A stretch of 10,442 nucleotides of DNA from contig JBNJFE010000026.1 in NCBI GenBank assembly GCA_051746505.1, positions 1-10,442 of the forward strand. The letters are read 5' to 3'. The notes under the pieces were generated by a model. That model saw only the letters and a program-made list of their open reading frames with translations. It did not search any database and had not been told where the DNA came from. The position numbers and the translations under genes were made by a program. Positions within the stretch are counted from its first letter, which is position 1, and each line of letters opens with the position of its first letter. Below are positions 1 through 7,345 of this stretch, piece after piece. This DNA is from Campylobacterota bacterium. GTDB taxonomy: Bacteria; Campylobacterota; Campylobacteria; Campylobacterales; Sulfurovaceae.

Positions 1-60
1 CGGTGGGGACCAAAGCGTTTGCCCCGATACTGCAGGGGTGAGTATCAAGGAAGCCAAACC

Positions 61-1980
61 TTAGTATTCACCTTTATAATTGGCACTTAGCAGGTAGTGT
101 ACGTCCAGCTCGTGCAGGGAGGTGACCATCTTGGGATCATCGACGTATGCTATGATCGTTTGAGCCCCGGCTTCGCTGATCATAAACTGCAGGGCTTTGA
201 CCCTGCTTTTATCCTCAAAATACAGTTTTTCCACATAATCCTGATCGACAATAATAAAGCGGGGTTTGATGCGCTGCAGATAGGTCAGCTTCTCCTGTGC
301 CAGCGTAAAGCCGCTGATGGCGATATAATGCCCGAAGCGGTACACCAGTTTGGCAAACTGTATCATCTTGTCGATTTCCTGCTGGGCGACGTCGTCTTTT
401 ATGGTAAAGCAGATTTTGATATTTGGGTTTTGCCGGAGTTCTTCGAGTTTATTGCCAAGCCAGCGTATATGGTCCAGACTGCCGATGAAATCGCTTGAAA
501 TCGTCACCATCGCCGTGATTTTATGGTTGATCATGCGGTATCTGCTGCAGATTTTATCCAAAACCTTTTTATTATAATCGGCCACAAGCCCCTTTTCATA
601 CAAAATAGAGAAAAACTCCCGCTTGGAATAACTGTTTTCCTCCCGGTCGACGATATAAACAAGGACTTTCAGAAAGCTTTTTTTATCCTCTTTGAGGTCC
701 TGGATGGGGCGCAGTTCGATATTGAAGCCGTCATTGTTAAAAGCGTATTCGATGAGGTCGATGCGTTCCTCTTTGGACAACGCCTTGTGGCCGTGGCCGG
801 TGATGGCGATCTTTTTGTTATCGGTTTTGATCATGGCCTCATTCAGAGCGGTATCCAGTCTGGAAAGCAGGCTTTTGGTGCTTTCACCCTTTTCGTATTC
901 GCTCATTGAGATCGCAATAGACGTTTGCATATCTTTAAACTTGTTTTGCAGTTTTTCTTCCAGCTGATGGTATTGTTTGTCAATATGCTGCTTGATCTGG
1001 CTTAAACTGTGTTCGGTGAACAGGTAGGCAAACGTATCTGGCTTGATGCGCGCCAGTATCGTATAGCCAAGGTCGGTATTTTGCAGCTGGGCCGAAAATG
1101 TCTGCAGCGCGTCATTGATCTGGTTGTAACTGTGGGCTTTGTTGAGCTGATCGTAATTTGTGATTTTTATAAATACGACGACGCCGCTTTCGTGGGATGT
1201 TTTGTTTTCCAGCTCGGTGGAGAGGTGCATCATAAAGTAGCTTCGGTTATGCAGCCCCGTTTGATCGTCGTTGTAAATAAGCTCGTAATAGCGGTTGAGC
1301 ATTTCGGTATCTTTTTTAAACTTGGATTTGAGATTGACCACGCTTTCATTGAGCATCACCACCAACTCCCGCAAATCCTGGGTTTTTGGGTATTCGCGGT
1401 TTTCTATAAATTTCCCCTCTTTTAAATGAAATATCTGTTTGCGCAACGCCTGCAGGGGCTGCAGGAGCGATTTGAAAAGAAGTGCCGTCAGTATCACGGC
1501 TACGATATAGGCAAGGGCAAAATAGACAAAGAGCGTATAAAATTCCTTCATGATTTTTTGCTGCATCACCTTCTTATCCGGTGTTATCGACGCGGCAAGG
1601 TTTTTATCCCCACTTCCCTTGAAATTGACCGTCACGGGAGTTGAGGTAAAACCGGCGACTGTTTGTGCGAGCATTCCGGCACTTTGGGAAGTAGAAGAGA
1701 AATCTTTATCATACAGGGTATTTCCCACAAAATCTTCTATGTGCACATGAGTAAAACGGTTGCCGCTAAAAACGGCATCGGCTGCTATTGCGAGGTTTTT
1801 GGCGGCAAAATCTTTGTGCATCAGCATCGTTTCAAGCTGGCCGGTTGCATGCTTTGCCTCCTGCTTTGCCGCGGTAAGGATTTCATGCTTTAGATGGGAA
1901 AAAGAAAAGAAAAACAGTGTCGTTACAAGCAGAAAAAAGAGTATGGAAAAAGAAAAAAGAGATTTTGTGTATAAACTCAT
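61..1980 (-). CDS. LapD-like inner-membrane signalling protein with TM, periplasmic domain, TM, HAMP, degenerate GGDEF and degenerate EAL
   Basis: The 639-aa ORF has an N-terminal TM helix (res ~7-27), a ~120-aa periplasmic segment and a second TM (~147-170). The GGDEF-domain onset is DQTGLHNR, but the GG(D/E)EF motif is replaced by KPDTF. In the EAL domain the EAL motif reads KVL, DDFGTG is replaced by ISGFTL and EGVE by AYVDD. KVL is the motif I recall from Pseudomonas LapD. A TATAAT -10 box lies on the minus strand at 2012-2017, and the RBS aaggat sits 6 nt before the ATG. Confidence 0.75.
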   Translation of the reverse strand: MSLYTKSLFSFSILFFLLVTTLFFFSFSHLKHEILTAAKQEAKHATGQLETMLMHKDFAAKNLAIAADAVFSGNRFTHVHIEDFVGNTLYDKDFSSTSQSAGMLAQTVAGFTSTPVTVNFKGSGDKNLAASITPDKKVMQQKIMKEFYTLFVYFALAYIVAVILTALLFKSLLQPLQALRKQIFHLKEGKFIENREYPKTQDLRELVVMLNESVVNLKSKFKKDTEMLNRYYELIYNDDQTGLHNRSYFMMHLSTELENKTSHESGVVVFIKITNYDQLNKAHSYNQINDALQTFSAQLQNTDLGYTILARIKPDTFAYLFTEHSLSQIKQHIDKQYHQLEEKLQNKFKDMQTSIAISMSEYEKGESTKSLLSRLDTALNEAMIKTDNKKIAITGHGHKALSKEERIDLIEYAFNNDGFNIELRPIQDLKEDKKSFLKVLVYIVDREENSYSKREFFSILYEKGLVADYNKKVLDKICSRYRMINHKITAMVTISSDFIGSLDHIRWLGNKLEELRQNPNIKICFTIKDDVAQQEIDKMIQFAKLVYRFGHYIAISGFTLAQEKLTYLQRIKPRFIIVDQDYVEKLYFEDKSRVKALQFMISEAGAQTIIAYVDDPKMVTSLHELDVHYLLSANYKGEY

Positions 1981-2084
1981 AAGGCAATCCTTAAATAAAA
2001 TTCATGCCTCTATTATACTGTGATTTTATTAAGCGGTGATAAAATTACAAAAAATTTGTAATATATCAAGTTCAGTCTTGTTTC

Positions 2085-2118
2085 AAAAAGTAAAGCTTCG
2101 GGGCAGAAAGCCCCGAAA
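2085..2118 (-). terminator. Rho-independent terminator downstream of acs
   Basis: An 8-bp perfect stem, ttcggggc/gccccgaa at 2098-2105 and 2111-2118, encloses a 5-nt loop. It sits immediately after the acs stop codon. On the minus-strand transcript it is followed by gcuuuacuuuuug, which is U-rich. On the plus strand no U tract follows. Confidence 0.6.
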
Positions 2119-2125
2119 ACGGTAA

Positions 2126-4087
2126 TTACTCTTCCATAATCTTTGCGATCTTGTCGACAATGGAAGGGTCTTCCAGCGTTGAAGTATCCTGGGCCACTTC
2201 TTCGCCTTTGGCAAGACTTCGAAGGATTCTTCTCATGATTTTGCCGCTTCTTGTTTTCGGCAAGCCCGGAACAAACGCGATATCGTCGCATTTCGCGATC
2301 GCGCCGATCTCATCGATGATAAGCGCGTTGATCTCTTTGGTCAATTCCAACTCATCCGCCACGCCGTCTTTTTCCTCTACCGGTACGGATTTGAGGACGA
2401 CGTAGGCAAAGATGCCTTCACCCTTGATCTTGTGGGGTTTGCCCACAACTGCCACTTCTGCCACATGGTCGTGGTTTTTGATCGCTGCTTCAACTTCGGC
2501 CGTACCCATTCTGTGGCCGCTTACGTTGATAACGTCATCGGTTCTGCCTGTGATGGTGATATAGCCGTCTTCATCGATCATCGCGCCGTCGCCGCTGAAA
2601 TAAACGGGTTTGCCGTCTTTCTTGCAGTCGCCGAAATAGGATTTTTTAAACCGCTCTTCATCGCCCCAGATCGTTCGGATCATTGAAGGCCACGGTTTGG
2701 TGACGCATAAAAAGCCTTTTTTGCCCGTTTGGGTCGGAGTACCGTCTTCTTCGATCACTTCGGCTTTGATACCCGGAAGCGGGAAGGTCGCGCATGCGGG
2801 CTTGATCGGCGTTGCCGCAGGCAGCGGCGTAATCATATGGCCGCCTGTTTCAGTCTGCCACCAGGTATCCACGATCGAACACTGTCCGGTGCCCACTTCG
2901 TTGTAGTACCAACTCCACGCTTCGGGGTCGATTGGTTCACCCACGGTACCAAGGATTCTAAGCGAACTCAGGTCGTATTTCGCAGGCTCGTCCGGGCCTG
3001 TTTTGTGCAGCATACGGATCGCTGTGGGCGCTGTGTAGAACTGGTTGATTTTGTATTCTTCGACCATTCTCCAGCATCTGCCCGCGTCGGGGTATGTCGG
3101 CACGCCTTCAAACATGATCGTGGTCGCGCCGGCTGCCAGCGGACCGTATACGATGTAAGTGTGCCCCGTGATCCAGCCGATATCAGCCGTGCACCAGAAG
3201 GTGTCGTTGTCTTTGATGTCAAAGGTCCACTCCATAGTCATCTGCGCCCAGAGGATATAACCCGCGCTTGAATGCTGTACCCCTTTTGGTTTGCCCGTAG
3301 AACCGCTGGTATAAAGCAGGAACAGGGGATGCTCGCTGTCAACGGGCTCGGCGTCGCATCTGCTTGATTGGCTTTTGACCAGTTCGTGGTACGCGTAATC
3401 ACGTCCGGCGACCCACTCGATATCCTCGCCGTTACGCTCAACGACGCAGACTTTGTCTACACATTCACACCCCTGGGACAGCGCTTTGTCCACAACGGGC
3501 TTGAGCATATAGGGTTTGCCTTTTCTGTATGCCCCGTCAGCGGTAACGACCAGTTTGGCTTCCGCGTCGATAATTCTGTCTCTGAGCGCGTCGGCGCTGA
3601 AGCCGCCAAAGACGATACTGTGGATCGCGCCGATTCGGGCACACGCCAGCATCGCCACCGCCGCTTCGGGGATCATGGGCATATAGATAACAACCCGGTC
3701 GCCTTTTTGTACGCCGAATTTGTTTTTGAACATATTGGCTGTTTTATTGACTTCATAATACAACTCTCTGTATGTCAGAACCTGCTGATCGCCGTTATCG
3801 CCTTCAAAAATGATAGCGGCTTTGTTCTTTTTATCCTGTAAGTGTCTGTCCACACACTGATGGGCAACATTGAGTTTGCCGCCGTTAAACCATTTGTAAA
3901 AGGGCGCGTCGCTTTCATCTAAGACCGTATCATAGTCTTCAAACCAGTCGATTCTGTCTTGGGCAAAGCAGCTCCATGTACCTTCATAATCTTTTTCAAA
4001 CTTTTCTACCAGATCTTGATACTCGCACATATTTTGAATCAGCGGTGCGTCAAACATTTCTTTTTGGGGGTAATAAATCTTGGACAT
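2126..4087 (-). CDS. acs: Acetyl-CoA synthetase (AMP-forming)
   Basis: The 653-aa ORF carries the AMP-binding signature [11 protein letters not shown] and aligns end to end with acetate-CoA ligases, including [14 protein letters not shown] and FSGDGA. The C-terminal [14 protein letters not shown] block contains the conserved catalytic lysine that is the known target of acetylation. Confidence 0.97.
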   Translation of the reverse strand: MSKIYYPQKEMFDAPLIQNMCEYQDLVEKFEKDYEGTWSCFAQDRIDWFEDYDTVLDESDAPFYKWFNGGKLNVAHQCVDRHLQDKKNKAAIIFEGDNGDQQVLTYRELYYEVNKTANMFKNKFGVQKGDRVVIYMPMIPEAAVAMLACARIGAIHSIVFGGFSADALRDRIIDAEAKLVVTADGAYRKGKPYMLKPVVDKALSQGCECVDKVCVVERNGEDIEWVAGRDYAYHELVKSQSSRCDAEPVDSEHPLFLLYTSGSTGKPKGVQHSSAGYILWAQMTMEWTFDIKDNDTFWCTADIGWITGHTYIVYGPLAAGATTIMFEGVPTYPDAGRCWRMVEEYKINQFYTAPTAIRMLHKTGPDEPAKYDLSSLRILGTVGEPIDPEAWSWYYNEVGTGQCSIVDTWWQTETGGHMITPLPAATPIKPACATFPLPGIKAEVIEEDGTPTQTGKKGFLCVTKPWPSMIRTIWGDEERFKKSYFGDCKKDGKPVYFSGDGAMIDEDGYITITGRTDDVINVSGHRMGTAEVEAAIKNHDHVAEVAVVGKPHKIKGEGIFAYVVLKSVPVEEKDGVADELELTKEINALIIDEIGAIAKCDDIAFVPGLPKTRSGKIMRRILRSLAKGEEVAQDTSTLEDPSIVDKIAKIMEE

Positions 4088-4118
4088 AGCAGTTTCCTTT
4101 TCCTATTTGAGACTCGGT

Positions 4119-4140
4119 ATTTCTTGTGACTTCAAGAAAT
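4119..4140. promoter_or_regulatory. Inverted repeat ATTTCTTG-N6-CAAGAAAT in the acs 5' region
   Basis: The repeat has 8-bp perfect arms separated by 6 bp and lies 32-53 bp upstream of the acs start codon at 4087. It is a candidate operator or 5'UTR element. Because the region is AT-rich, the repeat could be a chance occurrence. Confidence 0.25.
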
Positions 4141-4333
4141 ATATCAGTATAACTATATTTTTATAACATAGCAATAGTGTAGCATCTCTTTAAAAGTTGT
4201 GTATTTTTCTTACAACTTCCTGCTGAGTGTGAATTTTAGTAACATATGGCAGCGCTTAGGGTTGCAAAGCGTAGAAATAATAATATTGTTTAAGAAAAAT
4301 TTGAGCAAAAATGTGTAGTTCTGGCTGTGCGGG

Positions 4334-4349
4334 CATCGGCGCGCCGATG
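4334..4349. repeat. 16-bp perfect GC-rich palindrome CATCGGCGCGCCGATG
   Basis: The palindrome is read directly from the sequence. It is embedded in an otherwise AT-rich intergenic region and is followed by a -10-like tcATAAT. It may be a binding site for a dimeric regulator. Confidence 0.5.
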
Positions 4350-4408
4350 TTCATAATACGTTAATGAAAAGTTTATAAATCATTAAATTTTTAAGCGTAC
4401 AATTTCAC

Positions 4409-4422
4409 TGTCCCCCAAGCAA
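4409..4422 (+). repeat. 14-bp direct repeat TGTCCCCCAAGCAA, copy 1
   Basis: An identical 14-mer recurs at 4655-4668, 246 bp downstream in the same regulatory region. Confidence 0.6.
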
Positions 4423-4482
4423 TACCCTCCCGGTACCGTCTTCAGGTGCCGGGCCCCGAATTTACGGACAAGGAGGCCGGCC

Positions 4483-4830
4483 ATGTGCAAAAAAACAGCG
4501 ATCACGACAGTTAGCGCATTTTTGTCAGCGGTCCGAGGCATCCATCCAAAGCAGTGGGACCAGACAGTAAAAGCGCACGCGGGCAAAGCGTCTGCTTGGT
4601 TTCGATCCGGTCAGACAAACGATACCCTGATACGACAATTTTTCCATCTTGACTTGTCCCCCAAGCAAAATGAACAACTCCTTTTATTGCGGATCAAACA
4701 CAGGCAGCCCGTCCCTTCTCCCGCTGGCGCTTTGAAGGCTCACGGCTTTGAAAAAGACAGATATATCGATATAATGCCCCAAAAAAAGACACAACAAGCC
4801 AAAGCCCGGTCAATCGATAACAGACAGTGA
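4483..4830 (+). CDS. Hypothetical small basic protein of 115 aa; it is uncertain whether this ORF is coding
   Basis: A perfect Shine-Dalgarno AAGGAGG sits 6 nt before the ATG, and the ORF ends 13 nt before the response-regulator start. The protein has no recognisable domain and looks low-complexity or disordered, especially in its C-terminal half. A near-consensus sigma70-type promoter lies inside its 3' end. The region may instead be a structured leader or sRNA. Confidence 0.3.
   Translation: MCKKTAITTVSAFLSAVRGIHPKQWDQTVKAHAGKASAWFRSGQTNDTLIRQFFHLDLSPKQNEQLLLLRIKHRQPVPSPAGALKAHGFEKDRYIDIMPQKKTQQAKARSIDNRQ
4655..4668 (+). repeat. 14-bp direct repeat TGTCCCCCAAGCAA, copy 2
   Basis: This copy is identical to 4409-4422. 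It lies inside the questionable small ORF and about 80 bp upstream of the predicted -35 at 4748. Confidence 0.6.
4748..4775 (+). promoter_or_regulatory. Sigma70-type promoter TTGAAA-N16-TATAAT for the response-regulator and kinase operon
   Basis: TTGAAA lies at 4748-4753 and TATAAT at 4770-4775, with a 16-bp spacer. A 12-bp palindrome TATATCGATATA at 4762-4773 overlaps the -10 box and is a possible autoregulatory operator. The predicted leader of about 60 nt contains the RBS aaggata ahead of the GTG at 4844. Confidence 0.4.
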
Positions 4831-4843
4831 AAGGATAGAAACG

Positions 4844-5533
4844 GTGATACGCGTAGCAATGGTCGAGGATGATCTGGATTTAGCCAATCTCCTCACCGAA
4901 TATTTACAACAGTTTTCGATCGAAGTTGACAGCTTTGAAGATCCTTTCATCGCTTTAAGCGCGATCGGTTTAAAAGAGTATGATCTGATCATTCTCGATC
5001 TTTCGCTGCCGGGCATGGACGGCCTTGAAGTTTGTAAAGAGCTGGTGGACAAATATGAAATCCCAATCATTATATCATCGGCAAGAAGCGATATAGCCGA
5101 TAAAGTCACCGCACTGCAACTGGGTGCGGATGACTACCTTCCAAAACCCTATGACCCCCGAGAACTTGAAGTGCGTATAAAAGCGCTGCTTCGAAGAACC
5201 AATAAAGGCAGTCCGCAAGACAGCGGCAAAGAAAGCAGCGGCGGTATCTTTGTGTATGACCCCAGAAAAAAAATTATTACCAAAAACGGCAGCGAGCTAC
5301 AGCTGACTGCGGCGGAGTTTGAACTTTTGAGCCTGCTCATCAGCAGAAAAGGGTTTGTCGTCAGCCGCGAAGAGATTCTTAACGAATGCGAACTGCTGCA
5401 CAGCGATGATGAAAAAAGCAGTTCGATTGCCGTTATCATCAGCCGAATCCGCTCCAAAATCGAAGCCAACAGCAAAAGACCCCAGTATCTGGTGACCGTC
5501 CGCGGCGTGGGATACAAGCTCAAAGAGGAATAA
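4844..5533 (+). CDS. OmpR/PhoB-family two-component response regulator
   Basis: The receiver domain shows VAMVEDD, the phospho-acceptor context DLIILDLSLPGMDG and the conserved PIIISSARSD with lysine. The C-terminal winged-helix has LTAAEFELLSLL and YLVTVRGVGYKL. A GTG start at 4844 is preferred, with the RBS aaggat 6 nt upstream. The ATG at 4859 is the alternative start. Confidence 0.9.
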   Translation: MIRVAMVEDDLDLANLLTEYLQQFSIEVDSFEDPFIALSAIGLKEYDLIILDLSLPGMDGLEVCKELVDKYEIPIIISSARSDIADKVTALQLGADDYLPKPYDPRELEVRIKALLRRTNKGSPQDSGKESSGGIFVYDPRKKIITKNGSELQLTAAEFELLSLLISRKGFVVSREEILNECELLHSDDEKSSSIAVIISRIRSKIEANSKRPQYLVTVRGVGYKLKEE

Positions 5534-6787
5534 TTGCCCAAAACAAACTCTATTTTCTTTACCATTTCGCTTGTGTTTGCCATCGCGGGATTTTCTATTT
5601 TGATCAGTTTTTATTTTCTGCATCAAGCCAATACGATGCAGCATCAAAGCTTTTTGGAAAGAAAGCACTTTGCCGTTTCGCGTATCCTCATCCGCGCCCA
5701 CAACGAGGATATGATTTCCAAGGACCTTTTATCCTCCCTGGATTCGCTTAATTACAAACTCAAAACCGATCTGCAGCAGATCGCGGATTTTTTGCAGGAT
5801 GAGGATGTGGTGCTGCTGCACTCAAAAGATTTGCAAAACGGGCAAAGTGTCAATATTTACCAGATGCGAAACCATCATTATATCCTGGTCAACTCCTCAG
5901 GCAGTCTGTATCTGCTCAAAGACAAAACGCCGGTCGTGTTTTTCAACCCCGCCATTATCATTATCTTTTTAGCCATTATGGCGGTATTTATCCTTATATA
6001 CCTGACCACGGTGCGCAAACTGTATCCCATCAAAACGCTGAAAAACCATATTAAAAAGCTGGGCAATGAATCTTTTGATATCAAGTACAATATCAAAGGC
6101 AGCGATGAAATATCCGAACTGGCCCAGGAGTTTGCCAAGAGTTCCAAACGTTTGGAAAAACTCAAAGAATCGCGCAATATTTTTATACGCAATATCATGC
6201 ATGAACTCAAAACCCCCATCATGAAAGGCAAGCTTTTAAACGAATTGCCAAAGACCGAAGATAACAATGAAAAGATGAAGGAAGTTTTTTACCGGCTGGA
6301 AAATTTGATCAACGAGTTTGCCAGTATCGAGGAAGTGATCGCCGCATCAGAAAGTATCACGATGAAAAGCTACTCCATAGCCGACGTGATCGATAACGCA
6401 AAAGATATGCTGCTGTATGACGAAGACAGTGAGCGCATTGTTGTCCAAAACGCTTCTGCGTGCACCCAGAACGTTACGCTTAACTTCAAGCTTGCCTCTA
6501 TCGCGTTTAAAAACCTCCTTGATAATGCGATGAAATACGCAGAGGATAAAAAGGTCACGATCGTATGCCGCACGGATGCGGTGAGCTTTCAAAACAGGGC
6601 TAAGCCCTTAAGCGAAGATTTACAAACCTATTTTGAACCCTTTGTCAAAGACGCCAAGCAAAATAGTTCCAGCTTTGGCCTGGGATTGTATATCGTGAAA
6701 AAAATCCTGGAAGTACACGGGTTTGATTTAGCCTATACCCATGAACAGGGATACAATATCTTTACGGTGCGCTTTACAGATCGCTGA
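5534..6787 (+). CDS. Sensor histidine kinase with 2 TM helices, a periplasmic domain of about 105 aa, HAMP, and HisKA plus HATPase domains
   Basis: The H-box is IMHELKTPI, the N-box LLDNAMKYA and the G2 box GLGLYIVKKIL. TM helices lie at about 8-30 and 138-160. A TTG start follows the regulator's TAA stop directly in the same frame, and a GTG at 5573 is the alternative. The G1 (DxGxG) box is not recognisable. Confidence 0.85.
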   Translation: MPKTNSIFFTISLVFAIAGFSILISFYFLHQANTMQHQSFLERKHFAVSRILIRAHNEDMISKDLLSSLDSLNYKLKTDLQQIADFLQDEDVVLLHSKDLQNGQSVNIYQMRNHHYILVNSSGSLYLLKDKTPVVFFNPAIIIIFLAIMAVFILIYLTTVRKLYPIKTLKNHIKKLGNESFDIKYNIKGSDEISELAQEFAKSSKRLEKLKESRNIFIRNIMHELKTPIMKGKLLNELPKTEDNNEKMKEVFYRLENLINEFASIEEVIAASESITMKSYSIADVIDNAKDMLLYDEDSERIVVQNASACTQNVTLNFKLASIAFKNLLDNAMKYAEDKKVTIVCRTDAVSFQNRAKPLSEDLQTYFEPFVKDAKQNSSSFGLGLYIVKKILEVHGFDLAYTHEQGYNIFTVRFTDR

Positions 6788-7226
6788 AATCGATATCGCT
6801 GCTGTCAAAGGAATCGTTTTTGGTAAAAAAGGCGGGTTCCTTGCCGCCGGCGTGATCGAGCAGATCGCAAAGCCGATACAGCAGTTTGTGCGCATCTTTG
6901 TCCGTTGCCTTTAACAGCGTGGACGCCAGCTTTGGATTGTGCTTTTGATCAAGCAGTCTGGTATAGAGGTTTTTGATCGCAAAATGCGACTCTTCCAGGT
7001 CCGTATACTGGTAAAAAAGCAGAAAATACCCCTCTTCTAACTCCAGTACCGTGTCACTGGGGCGCGTCATTTTGTCCAGCATCTGTTTGTCAAGTGAAGA
7101 ATCGGCCCGCAGTATAGCGACGCTGACGGGAACGTCGTATTTGATGAGCTGGTTGAGAAAGTGCGGCAGGGTCTGCTGCGTGGTTTCACTCCAGGGTTTG
7201 ATGCGTTGAAAACAGTGTTGGGCCAT
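6774..7226 (-). CDS. Hypothetical 150-aa protein with a degenerate GGDEF-like (nucleotidyl-cyclase-fold) core
   Basis: The segment VAILRADSSLDKQMLDKMTRPSDTVLELEEGYFLLFYQYTDLEES follows the GGDEF-domain pattern (vallDiD...R..D...RlGGDEFlll..t.le.a), with LEEGY in place of GGDEF. The DxLTGLxNR onset is absent. The ORF converges with the kinase 3' end and overlaps it by 14 bp, and it is divergent from the EncFtn gene. Confidence 0.5.
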   Translation of the reverse strand: MAQHCFQRIKPWSETTQQTLPHFLNQLIKYDVPVSVAILRADSSLDKQMLDKMTRPSDTVLELEEGYFLLFYQYTDLEESHFAIKNLYTRLLDQKHNPKLASTLLKATDKDAHKLLYRLCDLLDHAGGKEPAFFTKNDSFDSSDIDFSDL

Positions 7227-7307
7227 GGCGGTCTCGCTTTTTTCTTTTCATTGTACTAAAAAATGTCTGTTAAAGAAAACTTTGGTACCATATTTGCAAA
7301 GGCTTTG

Positions 7308-7322
7308 TAAAAAAGCTTTTTA
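7308..7322. promoter_or_regulatory. Palindrome TAAAAAAGCTTTTTA in the divergent promoter region upstream of the encapsulin operon
   Basis: The AAAAAGCTTTTT core at 7310-7321 is a perfect palindrome lying 25-35 bp upstream of the EncFtn ATG. The inverted repeat CTTTG-N12-CAAAG lies just 5' of it. It could be an operator for a metal or redox regulator, or it could be chance in AT-rich DNA. Confidence 0.2.
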
Positions 7323-7345
7323 CTCCAACGAAAAAGGAAACGAAA

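Noticed and set aside
2-64. A plus-strand open frame ending in TAG at 62-64 (...GGDQSVCPDTAGVSIKEAKP*), possibly the 3' end of a gene convergent with the LapD-like gene, together with a GGGG...CCCC hairpin at 5-25
   Set aside because: Twenty residues cannot be assigned to any family, and no U tract can be seen on either strand within the window.
2045-2061. An inverted repeat TTACAAA-AAA-TTTGTAA in the promoter region of the LapD-like gene
   Set aside because: It is an AT-only 7-bp repeat in a very AT-rich promoter and could easily arise by chance. It is noted only as a possible operator.
2151-3841. Multiple plus-strand ORFs of 84-180 aa, at 2151-2405, 2432-2686, 2729-3271 and 3368-3841
   Set aside because: They lie antisense within the well-supported acs gene. 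Their products are Arg- and Cys-rich or low-complexity, which is typical of shadow ORFs on the opposite strand of a GC-biased gene.
4247-4266. A sigma54-like TGGCAG...GGGTTGCA motif upstream of the two-component operon
   Set aside because: The GG to GC distance is 16 nt, whereas the -24/-12 consensus requires 12 nt. This probably reflects a short hairpin, CGCTT-N9-AAGCG, rather than an RpoN promoter.
4560-4650. A possible c-di-GMP (GEMM) riboswitch in the GC-rich island, considered given the neighbouring GGDEF/EAL-type genes
   Set aside because: Only a short ACGC-GGGCAAA-GCGT hairpin is present. I could not recognise the conserved GEMM P1/P2 features. An Infernal search would be needed, and I make no positive call.
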